DNA of 39,065 nucleotides from Mobula birostris (Eukaryota): contig NW_027276479.1 in NCBI RefSeq assembly GCF_030028105.1, forward strand, positions 1 through 39,065. Reading direction: 5' to 3'. Shown here in pieces: positions 12,721 through 24,514 of this stretch. Within the stretch, counting starts at the first letter, position 1. Each line of letters begins with the position of its first letter. Made by a program: the position numbers and the translations under genes. Below the pieces are notes generated by a model that saw nothing but the letters and a program-made list of their open reading frames with translations, did no database searches and was not told the origin of the DNA.

Positions 12721-12936
12721 TTGCCTTATGGCCTTTTACATGCAGGACCCGTCGGTTTATTACTTCTCTGCTCCATTCCCCTATTTCCCGTTGGCCGGTC
12801 TTAGCAGATGGGCTTAGCTGAATTTACATTTCCTGTACTCGAAATTTCCTCTGCGGTCAACCATACGACTTTTGCGCGTGACGTGACCACAGCGGCAAAC
12901 GTCATTTCCTGTTCTCCCCACCTTGTCGACGGTGGA

Positions 12937-12975
12937 GGTTTTTGTCGCGTCGGCCCATTTCTCCCAGTCACTGTG
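12937..12975 (-). other. 23-RSS of V3a (canonical)
   Basis: CACAGTG + 23 bp + ACAAAAACC. Confidence 0.95.
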
Positions 12976-13670
12976 TCAGCTCCAGGCGCAGAGGTACAGG
13001 GCCGATTGATTGGCCCAGATCTTGTCGGTTGTCAAATTCAAAGTCATTTCCTCAGGCCTCTTGGCGATGAATCTCTCCACGGTTTTGCCCGGAGTTGCAA
13101 AGTTCGTGCCAGCAGATTCGAACAGGTACTGTGGAGCGTATTGCCGGTACGAGTACATGTATGGATCGCTACTGCCTCCGGATAGCGTGCAGCTCAGTTG
13201 GACATACTTCCCTGGAGGCGCGGAGACAGCCTGCGGAGTCTGATGGATCTTCTGCGAATTCGCCTGTGGCACAAGGAAAGGGCGAAGAGAACAGCAGTGA
13301 GCATGGGGGGCCGGAGAGGGATATGAAAAGAAATGGTTAACGAGGGGTGAATGAGGGAAAGCAGAGGGACGACCTCGCAAAAGAGCAGCAGCGGTCCATT
13401 CGGTCCGCAACTACTTGCTAGCCCCTGCTTAGATGTAGATGTAGACTGGCCAAGGCATTATTTATTTCTCAAGCTACTCTTGAAGCCAATAAACATTTTA
13501 CTGTGCTGAAATATCAAATATTCAGGCGATGATGGAATTGGATCGAAATGTAAATCTTAAAGAGTTGTGGAATTCAAGATATCCTTGGCTGAAAGGTCGA
13601 GTATTCGAGGTGAAATTTACTTACCGGGGTAGTTGAAAATAATACCCAGAAAAAGGGCGAGGAATCTCAT
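12976..13670 (-). pseudogene. TRBV: TCR V segment V3a, probable pseudogene (leader 13670-13625, V exon about 13265-12976)
   Basis: Leader MRFLALFLGIIFNYP G|GTAAGT; exon SQKIHQTPQAVSAPPGKYVQLSC..YSYRQ..LYLCAWS*. Defects: FR2 Trp changed to Ser, 3-codon FR2 deletion versus V3b, acceptor CAG|AG of V3b reads CAC|AG (next AG shifts the frame), TGA just before the heptamer. Confidence 0.85.
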
Positions 13671-14164
13671 TTTGGGGCCTTGGCTGCCGTGTGTGGGCCC
13701 AACGTGCGCTCTTCTCTCAGTGTCTGATCTCAGTGGACGAGCAGAATCGCGGAGTGAGTGAGCTGGATGAGCTCTCAGTCCAGCCCCCACCCGATCGACG
13801 CAGGATGTGGGCTGTGGCCAAGGGCAGGCAACGTCAGCGAACGCGTGATGTGATTGGCTAGACGTCGTCCAATGATCTGCGGAGAATGCGAATGGGCGTG
13901 ACGTTGTTTCAAAGGCGTGGCGCTCCTTGTGCTTGTTCGCCGCTCGGATGCCGATAGTGTAAATACAAACAGGGTTTATCCACTGAGGTTGGGTGAGACA
14001 ACAACCCGTAGTGACGTAGAGACGAAAATCGGGATGAGAGGGAAGAGATGAGAGCGAGAACGAAAAGGGAGCGAAAGTACGAGATGCTGCGAGAGAGCTA
14101 CTGAAGACAGCAAATGCTTGTTCTCGGCCAAACCCACCGGCAGCTGTTTCCTGTCACGTTAGAA

Positions 14165-14203
14165 GTTTTTTGTTGAGCGTCGCTGTGTCCCTGAGTTACT
14201 GTG
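14165..14203 (-). other. 23-RSS of V2b (near-canonical)
   Basis: CACAGTA + 23 bp + ACAAAAAAC. Confidence 0.88.
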
Positions 14204-14938
14204 AAGACTCCACCCGCAGAAGTAGACGGCCGAGTGGTTCGGCAGCACGCCGGGAGAGGTCAGAATGAACGTCTCGGCACCCGGTCTCCGGGCGGTGAAT
14301 CCGTCCACGGCCTCCTGAGGATAGAGAGTGTTGGCAGCCCCGGAGTAAAAGAGGTTGTGAATCTCCTTCCCGGGGTTTTGTCTGTACCAGTAGAAGGCGT
14401 TACCGCTGCTGCTGCCCTTTCTGAGGCACCTCAGAGCCACGCTTTCCCAGCAACCTTTCTGAGGGCCGGAGGCGTATGAACGATGGCCTGCGGGCTCACA
14501 CCTGGAAGAGAGGCGGGGAGAAGGGCAAGGTCAATAATCTGTAGGACGGGGAGAGGCGGGGAGAAGGGCAAGGTCAATAATCTGTAGGACGGGAGGAGTT
14601 TGGTGAAAAATTAGGAGCGGGTCTAGTGTCGGGTTATACGGACCATCTAGAGAGAGAGAGAAATTGGCAGAGTGTACTGCCAGAGAATGAGAAGTGATGA
14701 CGACATCAAGTCGATAACGAGGATAAAAGAAGAGTAAAACATGTTTAGTGATTGAAATGCAAGAACAAAAAACGCAATAGTGGACAGAAAATAGAAACGG
14801 CGGAAAGACAGGGCGTTGAAAAGGTGAGGGAGGTGAAGGCAAGCAAAGGGAAGGGAATAGGTGGACGGTTGCTTAATTGTTAAAAGAGGTCGACATTTTA
14901 CCCTGAAGCCAGATTATCAGCTCGAGCAGCAGCGGCAT
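14204..14938 (-). pseudogene. TRBV: TCR V segment V2b, frameshifted as assembled (leader 14938-14902, V exon 14501-14204)
   Basis: Leader MPLLLELIIWLQ G|GTAAAA. One base is missing near 14445 (GGGAAAGC versus GGGGAAAGT in V2a); the rest (LRCLRKGSSSGNAFYWYRQ..AVYFCGWSL) is open in the shifted frame. Confidence 0.8.
14508..14593. repeat. 43-bp tandem duplication in the V2b intron 3' end
   Basis: gagaggcggggagaagggcaaggtcaataatctgtaggacggg x2. Confidence 0.9.
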
Positions 14939-16879
14939 TTTTCACTCGAAGGTTCGCTTCACGATTTCCAGAGTGAAATGAGTTAGGCTGGGAGGTCCCG
15001 CCCCTTCCCCCCTTGATGGACGGACGTCCCCACGCTGCTATTGGCCGATATCTTCCACCCTTTCTGAAGAGCAGGGATGGGGTGGGCGGAATTGAGCAGA
15101 GGGAGAGGCTGCGCTCTACGTCATTTCCCCCGGACCCAGTCGTCTCTGAGATTGGCCAAGAGTTTCTCTGAGGAACTACATGGCCGTTCGGGATTTGAGG
15201 AGCAGAATTATTTTGACTTTTCTGTCTCAGATCAGCAAGAAAAGAAAGAAAGCACATCCCCAAGAGTCCATGAATTAACGGTCAGAGGTGTTTCTCAGGC
15301 AGATAAGGACGGAGAGGAAGAAACAGAGAGAAGACAGAGATAAGGAGACAGAGACAGAGAGAGAGAGACAGAGAGGGACAGAGAGAGAGCAGGCAGAGGG
15401 ACAGAGAGAGTGTGTGAGTGCAGAGAGAGAGGAGAGAGGGAGATTGAGAGAGAGAGAGAGCTGCGACTTTAATGCCATCAGTATTCTAAAGGAAAATATA
15501 AAACACACGCTTGGCAAAAACTCTTACACAGGAAACTAGGTGTGAACACCGCGTCTGAAAGGAATACCCAAAATATAAATCAAACTCTGCTCGTCCTCGG
15601 AGTCAGTCCATTGTTCTGAGGGAAGGCCGAATGCAAGCCGACATCATAACTTTGCTGTGCTTTGCTCAAGTGTCGAGAAGTTTTTGACTGAAGGACAGAA
15701 TGCGTTGAGGGACAGGTGCACACTGGATAGGGACTAATCAGAAATCCTCTTTGAGAAGCCGTGGATGTCCTTCATTACCTGGTAGATGGTGCGATAGCGC
15801 CCCCCCCCCCCCCCCGCTGGACGGATGGATAAAATAAAATAAATCTACAACACGTGCTCCCCCACTGGAGAAACAGAGCAGCAGGAGACAGACACTGGTT
15901 GACTGACTAACCCAAATTTCATGTTTTCAATGCCCTCTGCTCCATGCGTCAAGTCCTGGGCTCATATTACGGAATTCCGGAATGACAGATCCGTTCTTCC
16001 GCTCTGGATGCGAACCCGCAAAGTCAGCCCAAACTGGTCCTTAATCAGCGATATCAGCCACAGACGGAGACCAGCGACCCCTCGCTTCATGAAATTGGTC
16101 CATGACATAAAAAAAAAGGTTGGAAATCCAGCCCGGGACCAACTATACTGACTTGCATTTAAAGGTCTTCTCCGCTGATTCCACGCTCCAGATGCCTCTC
16201 CTTTCTGATTACGTCACCCTCTGCTCCTCCTACAACTCCAGCCCCACGTCTCCAGGCGACCAGGCCGCTAATCTCAAAGGGAGGGTTGGTGAATCATTAT
16301 CAGAACCGGAAACCGGGTTATTTCCAATGGTACATATCGTAAAATATATTGTGCAATAACTCAAATATATGATAAATTACAGTAAATGTAAATAAATACA
16401 CAAATAAATTAAAAAACAGACGACTGCGCAGACAATAGGTAGCACTCAAATATACAAATAGACTAAAATGGAATTTAATAAATAGTTAGATTAAAACAGA
16501 TGTACGCTTAAACAGATTGTGCTGCACACACACAGACAAACAATGTGGGGCAAACAAGAGAGGGAAAAAACACTGAGGTGGTGTTCATGGGTTCATGTGC
16601 CGATCAGAAATCTGATGGCGGAGGGGTAGAGGATGTTCCCGAATCGTTGAGTGTGGGTCCCCAGTCTCCCGCACCTCCCCCTTGATGATAGTAATAAGGA
16701 CAGGGCATGTCCTGGGTGTTGGGGGTCGACAATGATTGATGCTGCCTTACTGAGGTTTCGTCTGTTGAAGATGTCCTCGATGCCGGGGGCGGGGGTGCTA
16801 CTGTTCATGAGGGAGCTGGTTGAGTTTACTACCCGCTAAAGACCTGAAAGTCTCCAGATGCTGTGTATCCGAATCTACA

Positions 16880-16912
<33 letters not shown>

Positions 16913-17107
16913 TGTTGTAAGAACTCAGCCGGTCTGGGCGCAGATAAGGAAATATCGTTTCGGGCGTTGACTCGCCTCCTTCCGCATTTCCCGTGTTCCG
17001 GATTGGTGACGCAGGCAGCAATGTGCCCGGAAGGGGCGCGGCCCTGATGCGGCGTTTTCTCCCCAGTCGCTGCCTCTCACAACACAGAGAAGGTTTCCGG
17101 AGAGACG

Positions 17108-18025
17108 ATGTTGCTGTTCCTCGCCCTGGCGCCGTTGCTTCAACGTAGGAAACAATCTAACTCAATAATTAATCTTTAATCCTTAAATAGGATCGGCCAC
17201 TTTGCTATTGGAAAGATGTTAAATTAGAACGAGAGCGGGGAAGTTTTCGCAGAATTTTGCCAGCATCTGCGTGGCCCGAGGTACAAGGAGAGGTTCCTTT
17301 GACTAGGATTTGATTTCGGGGGTAGCCGAAGATAAGTGATGGAGTTAAAGCGGGAGGGGAACGGGTACTTAAAACGGGACGGAACGGGTTTATTATGGGA
17401 GAGGACTAATTATAGCGGACATCTGCGGATGATGACTCGTATCGAAGCAGCTGCCTGAAATACTGGCGGACATATTGGGGAAGTTTAAACTTCATCTACT
17501 TACACATGAGTTCTTGGATTAGAGAGGTTTACGGGTCTTTTGACCGGACAGCCTTAGATAGGACGAGCTCGGCCATAAATATTATCGGTGTGAACCAGTT
17601 TCCATTTCATATACCCGAATGACGTTCATTTTCCCCGACATCCCGCCTTCCACTTTAACAAATGATCCCACGTACTTGGGTTTTCCGGTTCATTTAACTC
17701 TCTTCACTTCCTGTTCCCTTCCTCAGGTGCGACGTCGCAGTCCGTTCGCCAGGACACGCCGGCTCTCTCCAAATCTCCCGGCGAGAGCGTGGAGCTGAAA
17801 TGCATCCTGGACGGCGGTAGCGCTGGCAATTATCTCTACTGGTACAGACAATATCCGGGTAGGGAGATTCAGAACATGTTTTATTCCGGGTATACCGACC
17901 ACGTAAATCCGGAGGAGGCTGTGGACGGCTTCACCGCCCGGAGACCCGATGCAAACACGTTCATTCTCAACTCCACCAGCCTGCACCCGGACCAGTCGGC
18001 CGTCTACTACTGCGCCTGGAGTCCT
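17108..18025 (+). CDS. TRBV: TCR V segment V1c, intact (leader 17108-17144, V exon 17727-18025)
   Basis: Leader MLLFLALAPLLQ C|GTAGGA; acceptor CTCAG| at 17726; open exon ending AVYYCAWSP. Confidence 0.9.
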
Positions 18026-18064
18026 CACAGTGGCTCAGAGACACGCGGGGGCCCGACAAAAACC
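18026..18064 (+). other. 23-RSS of V1c (canonical)
   Basis: CACAGTG + 23 bp + ACAAAAACC. Confidence 0.97.
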
Positions 18065-18449
18065 TTCGCAGGCGACAGGAAGCAGGTGATGTGTGAGAAC
18101 CATTGATCTGCATTGCACTGAACACGCACAGGATTGTTGAAAAACACGTGCAAGGCATCATTGGCAAATCTGTCAGTGACACTGAGAAACAGAGGGATCT
18201 TTCCAGGTTAACTCGTGGTGCGAGGATCAAAACGACCTATCGAGCTGTTTCCAAATGACGAGACAGTGAATTGAGTAAACGGATCCTCACTTGGGAGTGG
18301 TGAATAATTTCGGGCCGGCGCGGTAGAGGAGCGTAGCGGGTAACGTGAGGATATTACAGCGCTCGCATTCAGTTCCGCCGTAACCGTGTGGGTTTCTTCC
18401 GGTTTTCCCACATATTCGCAAACATTCGTACATTACATAGTGAACCTCA

Positions 18450-19000
18450 ACTACGGGGTCGGACAAAATAAGAGAAGCTGGAGAAACGGGCAGAGGTTTT
18501 GTGAAGTTAGAACGGGATATGATTTTCACAGTGAAAGTTCGAGAACTGGGAAGTGTTGTAGAACAGAGGGACCATGGAGTACACGTAAACGGTTCAAGGA
18601 AGGTGGGGTCACAGGGAGACAGGGCAGTGAAGAAGGCATTCGGCACGGCAGCTTTCATCAGCCAGGACACTGAGTACGGGAGTATGGTCACGTCTCAGTT
18701 GTACAAGCCTTCGGCGAGGCCGCACCTGGAGTACGGTGTTCGGTTTTGGTCGCCCTGCTGTAGGAAAGATGCTATTGAACTGGGAAGAGTGCAGAGGGAG
18801 ATTTACGAAGTTGATGCCGGGACCCGAGGCACTGAGCTATGGAGATGGGTCCGGCAAGTTGGGACTTTGGAACGTCGGAGGGACCATACTGAAATGTCTA
18901 AAACCACGAGGGGGCACAGACAGGGTGTGCACGCACAGTCTTTTCCCCAGGGTGGCGGAATGAAGAATCAGAGGGCACAGATTGAAGGTGACAGGGGGAA
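18450..19000 (+). mobile_element. Degenerate CR1 fragment (paralogs at about 2400-2870 and 10190-10800)
   Basis: ARPHLEYGVRFWSPCCRKDAIELGRVQR resembles the CR1 RT C-terminus at 22850-22950. Confidence 0.7.
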
Positions 19001-20182
19001 GATTTAATGTGTCCCCGAGTGGAGTGGAAGCTGATGAGCTCGGTTCCCTGGAAAATGAGTTCACGCAGACCGGGTCGTTTGACACGCCGTACTGCAAACG
19101 GACAGCTATTTGGTGAAGTTGCACCTGGAGTATTGTGTGCACTGCCGGTATCCTGTAACAGGAAGTACGTCATTAATCCAGAAACTTCGCAAAGGAGTTG
19201 TATAAGAAGGATGTCAGGAAGCATGCGTCACATTTTCCCTTCTTCTTCCCCAGGCATTTTGTCAGATCGCTTCTCAGATGCTCTCAGGTCCGCAGAGAAT
19301 TTCCGAGCGCGTCCCGATTTTAGTGTCACAGAGCACAGAAACAGCCCATCCTATGTTTCCTTTGGTGTGAGAGTCTAAGATCAGAGGGCACAGCTTCAGA
19401 ACAGAGGGGCGTCCCCTGTGGAAAGGAGTTGAGAAGAATTCCGCAGCCAGGGAATGGTGAATCTGTGGGATTATTTGCCACACGCATCTGTGGAGGACGA
19501 GTGTTTTTCTATATTTGAGGCGGAGGTTCAAAGATCCTTGTTTGGTCAGGGCTATGAAGGGATACAGGCAAAAGACAGGAGACGGAAAGTGGATGAGGCA
19601 TGATGAAATGGCGGAGTAGACTCGGAAGGTAAGATGGCCTAATTCCGCTCCTATATCTCATGGTGTTATGGTCTAAACAAGATCGCATCTGTGGAAAGGA
19701 GTTAAACAGTCGACGTTTTACGCCAAGGCCATTCAGAAGGGCTGGAGAAAAAAAGATGAGGAGACAGAATAACGGGTGTTGGGGGCAGAATGAGAAATCG
19801 CAAGATGACTGGTGAAATCGGGAGGGGGAGGGGTCATGGTGACGTATTGAGTTGGGAGGTTGGTTGGTGAAAGAGATACAGTCTTGGAGAAGGGGCATCT
19901 AACAGGAGAAGACAGATAGCCATGGAAGAATGAAAAAATCGATGCTCATACCATCAGGTTTCCCAGTCTAACAGTGCTCGTCCAAGATGTGCGGCGCACG
20001 TTCGTTTACAGAGAGTCGTACATAAATAAACAGGGAACAATGGATCATGGCTCTGATGCTAATGAGCTGAGCTTAATAGTACATTCCACTGCGGTCAATA
20101 TCGCGACTTTACGTGTGACGTGAACGCAACAGCAAAAGTCATTTCCTATTCTCTCCTCCAGCTCCTCCTTGCCGACGGGAGA

Positions 20183-20221
20183 GGGTTTTGTCGCGACTAC
20201 ACGTTTCTCTCAGTCACTGTG
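20183..20221 (-). other. 23-RSS of V3b
   Basis: CACAGTG + 23 bp + ACAAAACCC. Confidence 0.92.
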
Positions 20222-20917
20222 TCGACTCCAGGCGCAGAGGTACACGGTCGAGTGAATCGCCCTGAGATTGTCGGTTCACAGAATGAAGGTCTTCTCCTCA
20301 GGTCTCTCGGCGATGAATCCTTTGTCCGGAGTTACTGTATTCGTGTCAGCGGAGTAGAACAGGTACCGTGGAGCTTCTCCCGCGTATTGCCGGTACCAGT
20401 GCATGTATGGGTTGCTAATGCCTCCGGATAGCGTGCAGCTCAGTTGGACATCCTTCCCTGGAGGCGCGGAGACAGCCTGCGGAGTCTGATGGATCTTCTG
20501 CGAATTTGCCTCTGACCCAAAGACAGGCAGAAGAGAACGGTCAGTGAGTAGGGGGAGCCTGAGACAGAGGAGAGAAGAAATGGTTAACGAGGGGTGAGTG
20601 AGGGAAAGCAGAGGGACGATTGCACACAAGAGCAATAGTCGTGCATTCGGTCCTCGACTACTTGCTCGCCTTTGCGTAGCTGTAGATGTATTTTGGCCAA
20701 CGCAATATCCATCTCTCAAAGTACTCTTGAAGAAAATAAGCATTTTACAGTACTGTTATAACAAATATTCAGGCGGGAATGGAATTGGATCGAAATGTAA
20801 TTCTTATAGAGTTGCGGATTTCAAGATATCGTTGGCTGAAAGGTCGAGTATTCGAGGTGAGATTTACTTACCGGGATAGTTGAAAATAAAACCCAGAAAA
20901 AGGGCGAGTAATCTCAT
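20222..20917 (-). pseudogene. TRBV: TCR V segment V3b pseudogene (leader 20917-20872, V exon 20511-20222)
   Basis: Leader MRLLALFLGFIFNYP; exon ANSQKIHQ..YMHWYRQ..EKTFIL*TDNLRAIHSTVYLCAWSR with an in-frame TGA at 20276-20278 in FR3. Confidence 0.88.
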
Positions 20918-21849
20918 TTTTGTGGGTTTGCCTGTGGCGTGTGCGCCGGACTTGGGTTCTTACCTCAGGGTCAGATCTCAGTGGACTAGGAGAAGCGTGG
21001 AGTTAGTGCGATAGATGGCCTCTAACTCCAACCCCTACCCAATGGGTGCGGCAAGTGGGCTGTAGCCAAGTGCAGACAATGCCACCAAACGCGAGGTTTG
21101 ATTGGTCCGCCGTCGTCCAGTGTACGGCGTTGAATGCGCATGCGCCTGAAATCGTTGCAACTAACTGGCACTTCATATATTCTTGTTCGCTGTTCGCTAC
21201 CGATGACGTATCTGGGAACTGAATTCGTCGTAAATTCGTCGCAAGTTTCCAAGTAGACCGCCGGTCGTTTCCTCCGATTCCAGAAAGTGCAAACTGTACC
21301 CCCCGGAGTAGCTTAGTTTTCCGTTAATACTGGGCCTATCTCTCTCTGTCTCCCTCCAACGCCGTCATCCCTCATTGACGAGAGAGTAGGGGAGAGCAAG
21401 AGAGTCAATCTTTTGAAGGAGCAGTTTTAAGGCGAGAGGGGTGCGATTTAATAACGACCTGTGTGGCAACATCTTCATCCGGACGGTTGTCATTGTACGG
21501 AACGAGCGACCAGAGGAAGTGATTTAGGCAAGTACAATGAGAAGGTGCAAGATACACTTCGACAGGGGCATGTACAGAACAGTTTTAGAGGGAAGTTTTC
21601 ACTGTGCTTCCTACCGCCCAGAAGTGTGTTCTGGAACATGTGGAAGAAGGTTCACTTTGCGGGAGTCTGTACAGGAACGGTGCGGAGGGAGTCAGACTGC
21701 GTGTCTGACCACGGGAGTGCGTGGATCGCTGTCCTGCACTGAGACACTCTGTTTAACATAATTGGTTAGCGCAGTGGCGCTGGGCGAATTGGCCAGGGCC
21801 CTTCAATTTCGGTACCTCTTGGAAGTCGATGCAAATCGGTTATGTGCAG

Positions 21850-23435
21850 GCCCAGGGCCAGATGGTCTGCATCCCAGAATGCTAAAGGAAGTAGCCCAAG
21901 AAATAGTGGATGCATTAGTGATAATGTTTCAAAACTCTTTAGATTCTGGACTAGTTCCTGAGGATTGGAGGGTTGCTAATGTAACCCCACTGTTTAAATA
22001 AGGAGGGAGAGAGAAACCAGGGATTTATAGACTGGTTAGCCTAACATCGGTGGTGGGGAAACTGCTAGAGTCATTTATCAAAGATGTGATAACAGCACAT
22101 TTGGAAAGCGGTGATATCATCGGACAAAATCAGCATGGATTTGTGAAAGGAAAATCATGTCTGACGAAACTCATAGAATTTTTTGAGGATGTAACTAGTA
22201 GACTGGATAGGGGAGAACCAGTGGATGTGGTATATTTGGATTTTCAAAAGGCTTTTGACGAGGTCCCACACAGGACATTAGTGTGCAAACTTAAAGCACA
22301 CGGTATTGGGGGTAAGGTATTGATGTGGATAGAGAATTGGTTGGCAGACAGGAAGCAATGAGTGGGAATAAACGGGTCCGTTTCAGAATGGCAGGCAGTG
22401 ACTAGTGGGGTACCACAAGGCTCAGTGCTGGGACGCCAGTTGTTTACAATATATATTAATAACTTGGATGAGGGAATTAAATGCAGCATCTCCAAGTTTG
22501 CGGATGACACGAAGCTGGGCGGCAGTGTTAGCTGTGAGGAGGATGCTAAGAGGATGCAGGGTGACTTGGATAGGTTAGGTGAGTGGGCAAATTCATGGCA
22601 GATGCAAATTATTGTTGATAAATGTGAGGTTATCCACTTTGGTGGCAAAAACAGGAAAACAGATTATTATTTGAATGGTGGCCGATTAGGAAAAGGGGAG
22701 GTGCAACGAGACCTGGGTGTCATTATACACCAGTCATTGAAAGTGGGCATGCAGGTACAGCAGGCGGTGAAAAAGGCAAATGGTATGCTGGCATTTATAG
22801 CGAGAGGATTCGAGTACAGGAGCAGAGAGGTACTACTGCAGTTGTACAAGGCCTTGGTGAGACCACACTTGGAGTATTGTGTGCCGTTTTGGTCCCCTAA
22901 TCTGAGGAAACACATTCTTGCCATAGAGGGAGTGCAAAGAAGGTTCACCAGATTGATTCCTGGGATGACAGGACTTTCATATGATGAAAGACTGGATGAA
23001 CTGGGCTTATACTCGTTGGAATTTAGAAGATTGAGGGGGGATCTGATTGAAACGTATACAATCCTAAAGGGATTGGACAGGCTAGATGCAGGAAGATTGT
23101 TCCCGATGTTGGGGAAGTCCAGAACGAGGGGTCATAGTTTGAAGATAAAGGGGGAGCCTTTTAGGACCGAGGTTAGGAAAAACTTCTTCACACAGAGAGT
23201 GCTGAATCTGTGGAATTCTCTGCCACAGGAAACAGTTGAGGCCAGTTCATTGGCTATATTTAAGAGGGAGTTAGTTATGGCCCTGGAGGCTAAAAGGATC
23301 GGGGGTATGGAGGGAAGGCTGGTGCAGGATTCTGAGTTGGATGATCGACCATGATCATACTGAATGGCGGTGCAGGCTTGAAGGGCCGAATGGCCTACTC
23401 CTGCACCTATTTTCTATGTTTCTATGTTTCTATGT
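21850..23435 (+). mobile_element. CR1-like LINE 3' part (RT) with stop codons and (CTATGTTT)n tail
   Basis: GPDGLHPRMLKE, QHGFVKGKSCLT, LDFQKAFD, GVPQGSVLG, FADDTKLG, RPHLEYCV across ORFs 21762-23354; tandem tail at about 23412-23435. Confidence 0.92.
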
Positions 23436-24324
23436 GCACAAACGCAGACGCAGTGGCGGGTCAGACACACGATTCGCATCAACAGACTCCGCAATCCTAA
23501 CCGCCCCCGACCAAGATCACCACCCCTCTGCTTGCCCGTCTAGGTTGCCCTCGATCAAATGTCAAAGCCAATGTTTCGTCAGAGTACATGTACAGTAAAT
23601 CGCCATATTTAGCTTCAGCTTCATTTTATTGCGAGTATTTACAGGAAAATAAAGTAATAAAGTCACAGAATCTATGAAAACAAATACTTCTTGCACAAGA
23701 AAACAGAGTGTAATTAAATTTAGTCCTGAGAGGATGAGTTGTTCAGTACTTGAAAGTGTGTCTGTAGGGTGTAGGACAAATTCAGAGTTGAGGTGAGTGA
23801 ACACGGGACAAATGGTTTGGCATAGAGCCCCATCTTGCGCCGGATGGACGGTTGTCGCAATTCCAGGATTCTCAGGGATGTTTGTGGATGTTCATTCATG
23901 GCAGCCTCGCCTTTGACAATGGCGCAATTTACATAGAATCAGGCCACACCTCTATAACCTCACACATGTGAAGGGAATCCGGACATCCAACAAGGGAAAA
24001 TCACCCCGACATAAACACAGTCAAACACACACACACACGCGCGCGCGCGCAGACCCTGACGGTTATTACCACCAGATGAAAAGACAAATGCCGTTTTCCA
24101 AGTTTAATCGCGTCCGCCGGAGAGGACATCTAATTTCAATGACTGAACACACGGGGAGACGTGCGAGTTATGGCCGGCCACTGGTGCTTGGTCATTGAAG
24201 TTTTGACCTTGCAGTTTAGGGACATGAGTTCGGAAGGATGTTTCGAATTTTCGGCCCTCTACCAAGCTAAACCACGACCAATGAACACCAACCCTTAGCG
24301 TGGTTCTGCGCTATTTTGACTTAC

Positions 24325-24373
24325 TTGGGATCAACCTCAGAATAAGTAGGATACAATGTGTCCCACATGCCAT
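24325..24373 (-). other. Orphan V5-type leader exon
   Basis: MACGTHCILLILRLIP A|GTAAGT (phase 1); aligns to the V5 leader (T-Y/H-x-x-x-L-I-x-x-L-I-P|GTAAGTCA); no YWY/YxC exon or RSS found downstream before V3b. Confidence 0.7.
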
Positions 24374-24486
24374 TATCTGCCCGAGAGAGACACCAGCCGC
24401 TTTGGCATCAGGTGCAGCAGAATGACAGCATTCAGGAGAAGCAGTTCGCCTTGACTGTTTGGACTGCGGCTGTGCCACTCGCCCGT

Positions 24487-24514
24487 TGACGTCTGCGTCA
24501 CTTCCTGCGCGTCA
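24487..24514 (-). promoter_or_regulatory. ETS/CRE composite promoter motif upstream of orphan leader
   Basis: Minus strand TGACGCGCAGGAAGTGACGCAGACGTCA, about 115 bp upstream of the leader ATG; mirrors the V5 promoter. Confidence 0.6.

Larger units (their letters stand above)
4393..21200. repeat. Tandem segmental duplication of the V2(-)/V1(+)/V3(-) cassette (about 4393-13950 and 13953-21200); partial third copy 1-3420
   Basis: Both units start tagtgtaaatacaaacagg and carry collinear V genes, CTCF-like site, LINE remnants and microsatellites. Confidence 0.85.

Noticed and set aside
18527-18533. CACAGTG heptamer
   Set aside because: Inside a CR1 remnant; no nonamer at 12 or 23 bp.
21600-21606. 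Minus-strand CACAGTG with an A-rich stretch nearby
   Set aside because: No acceptable nonamer at 12 or 23 bp and no V, D or J coding sequence adjacent. Same for the hits near 11988 and 38955.
24025-24050. (CA)n(CG)n tract with Z-DNA potential
   Set aside because: Short ordinary microsatellite; no positional link to an RSS or breakpoint.
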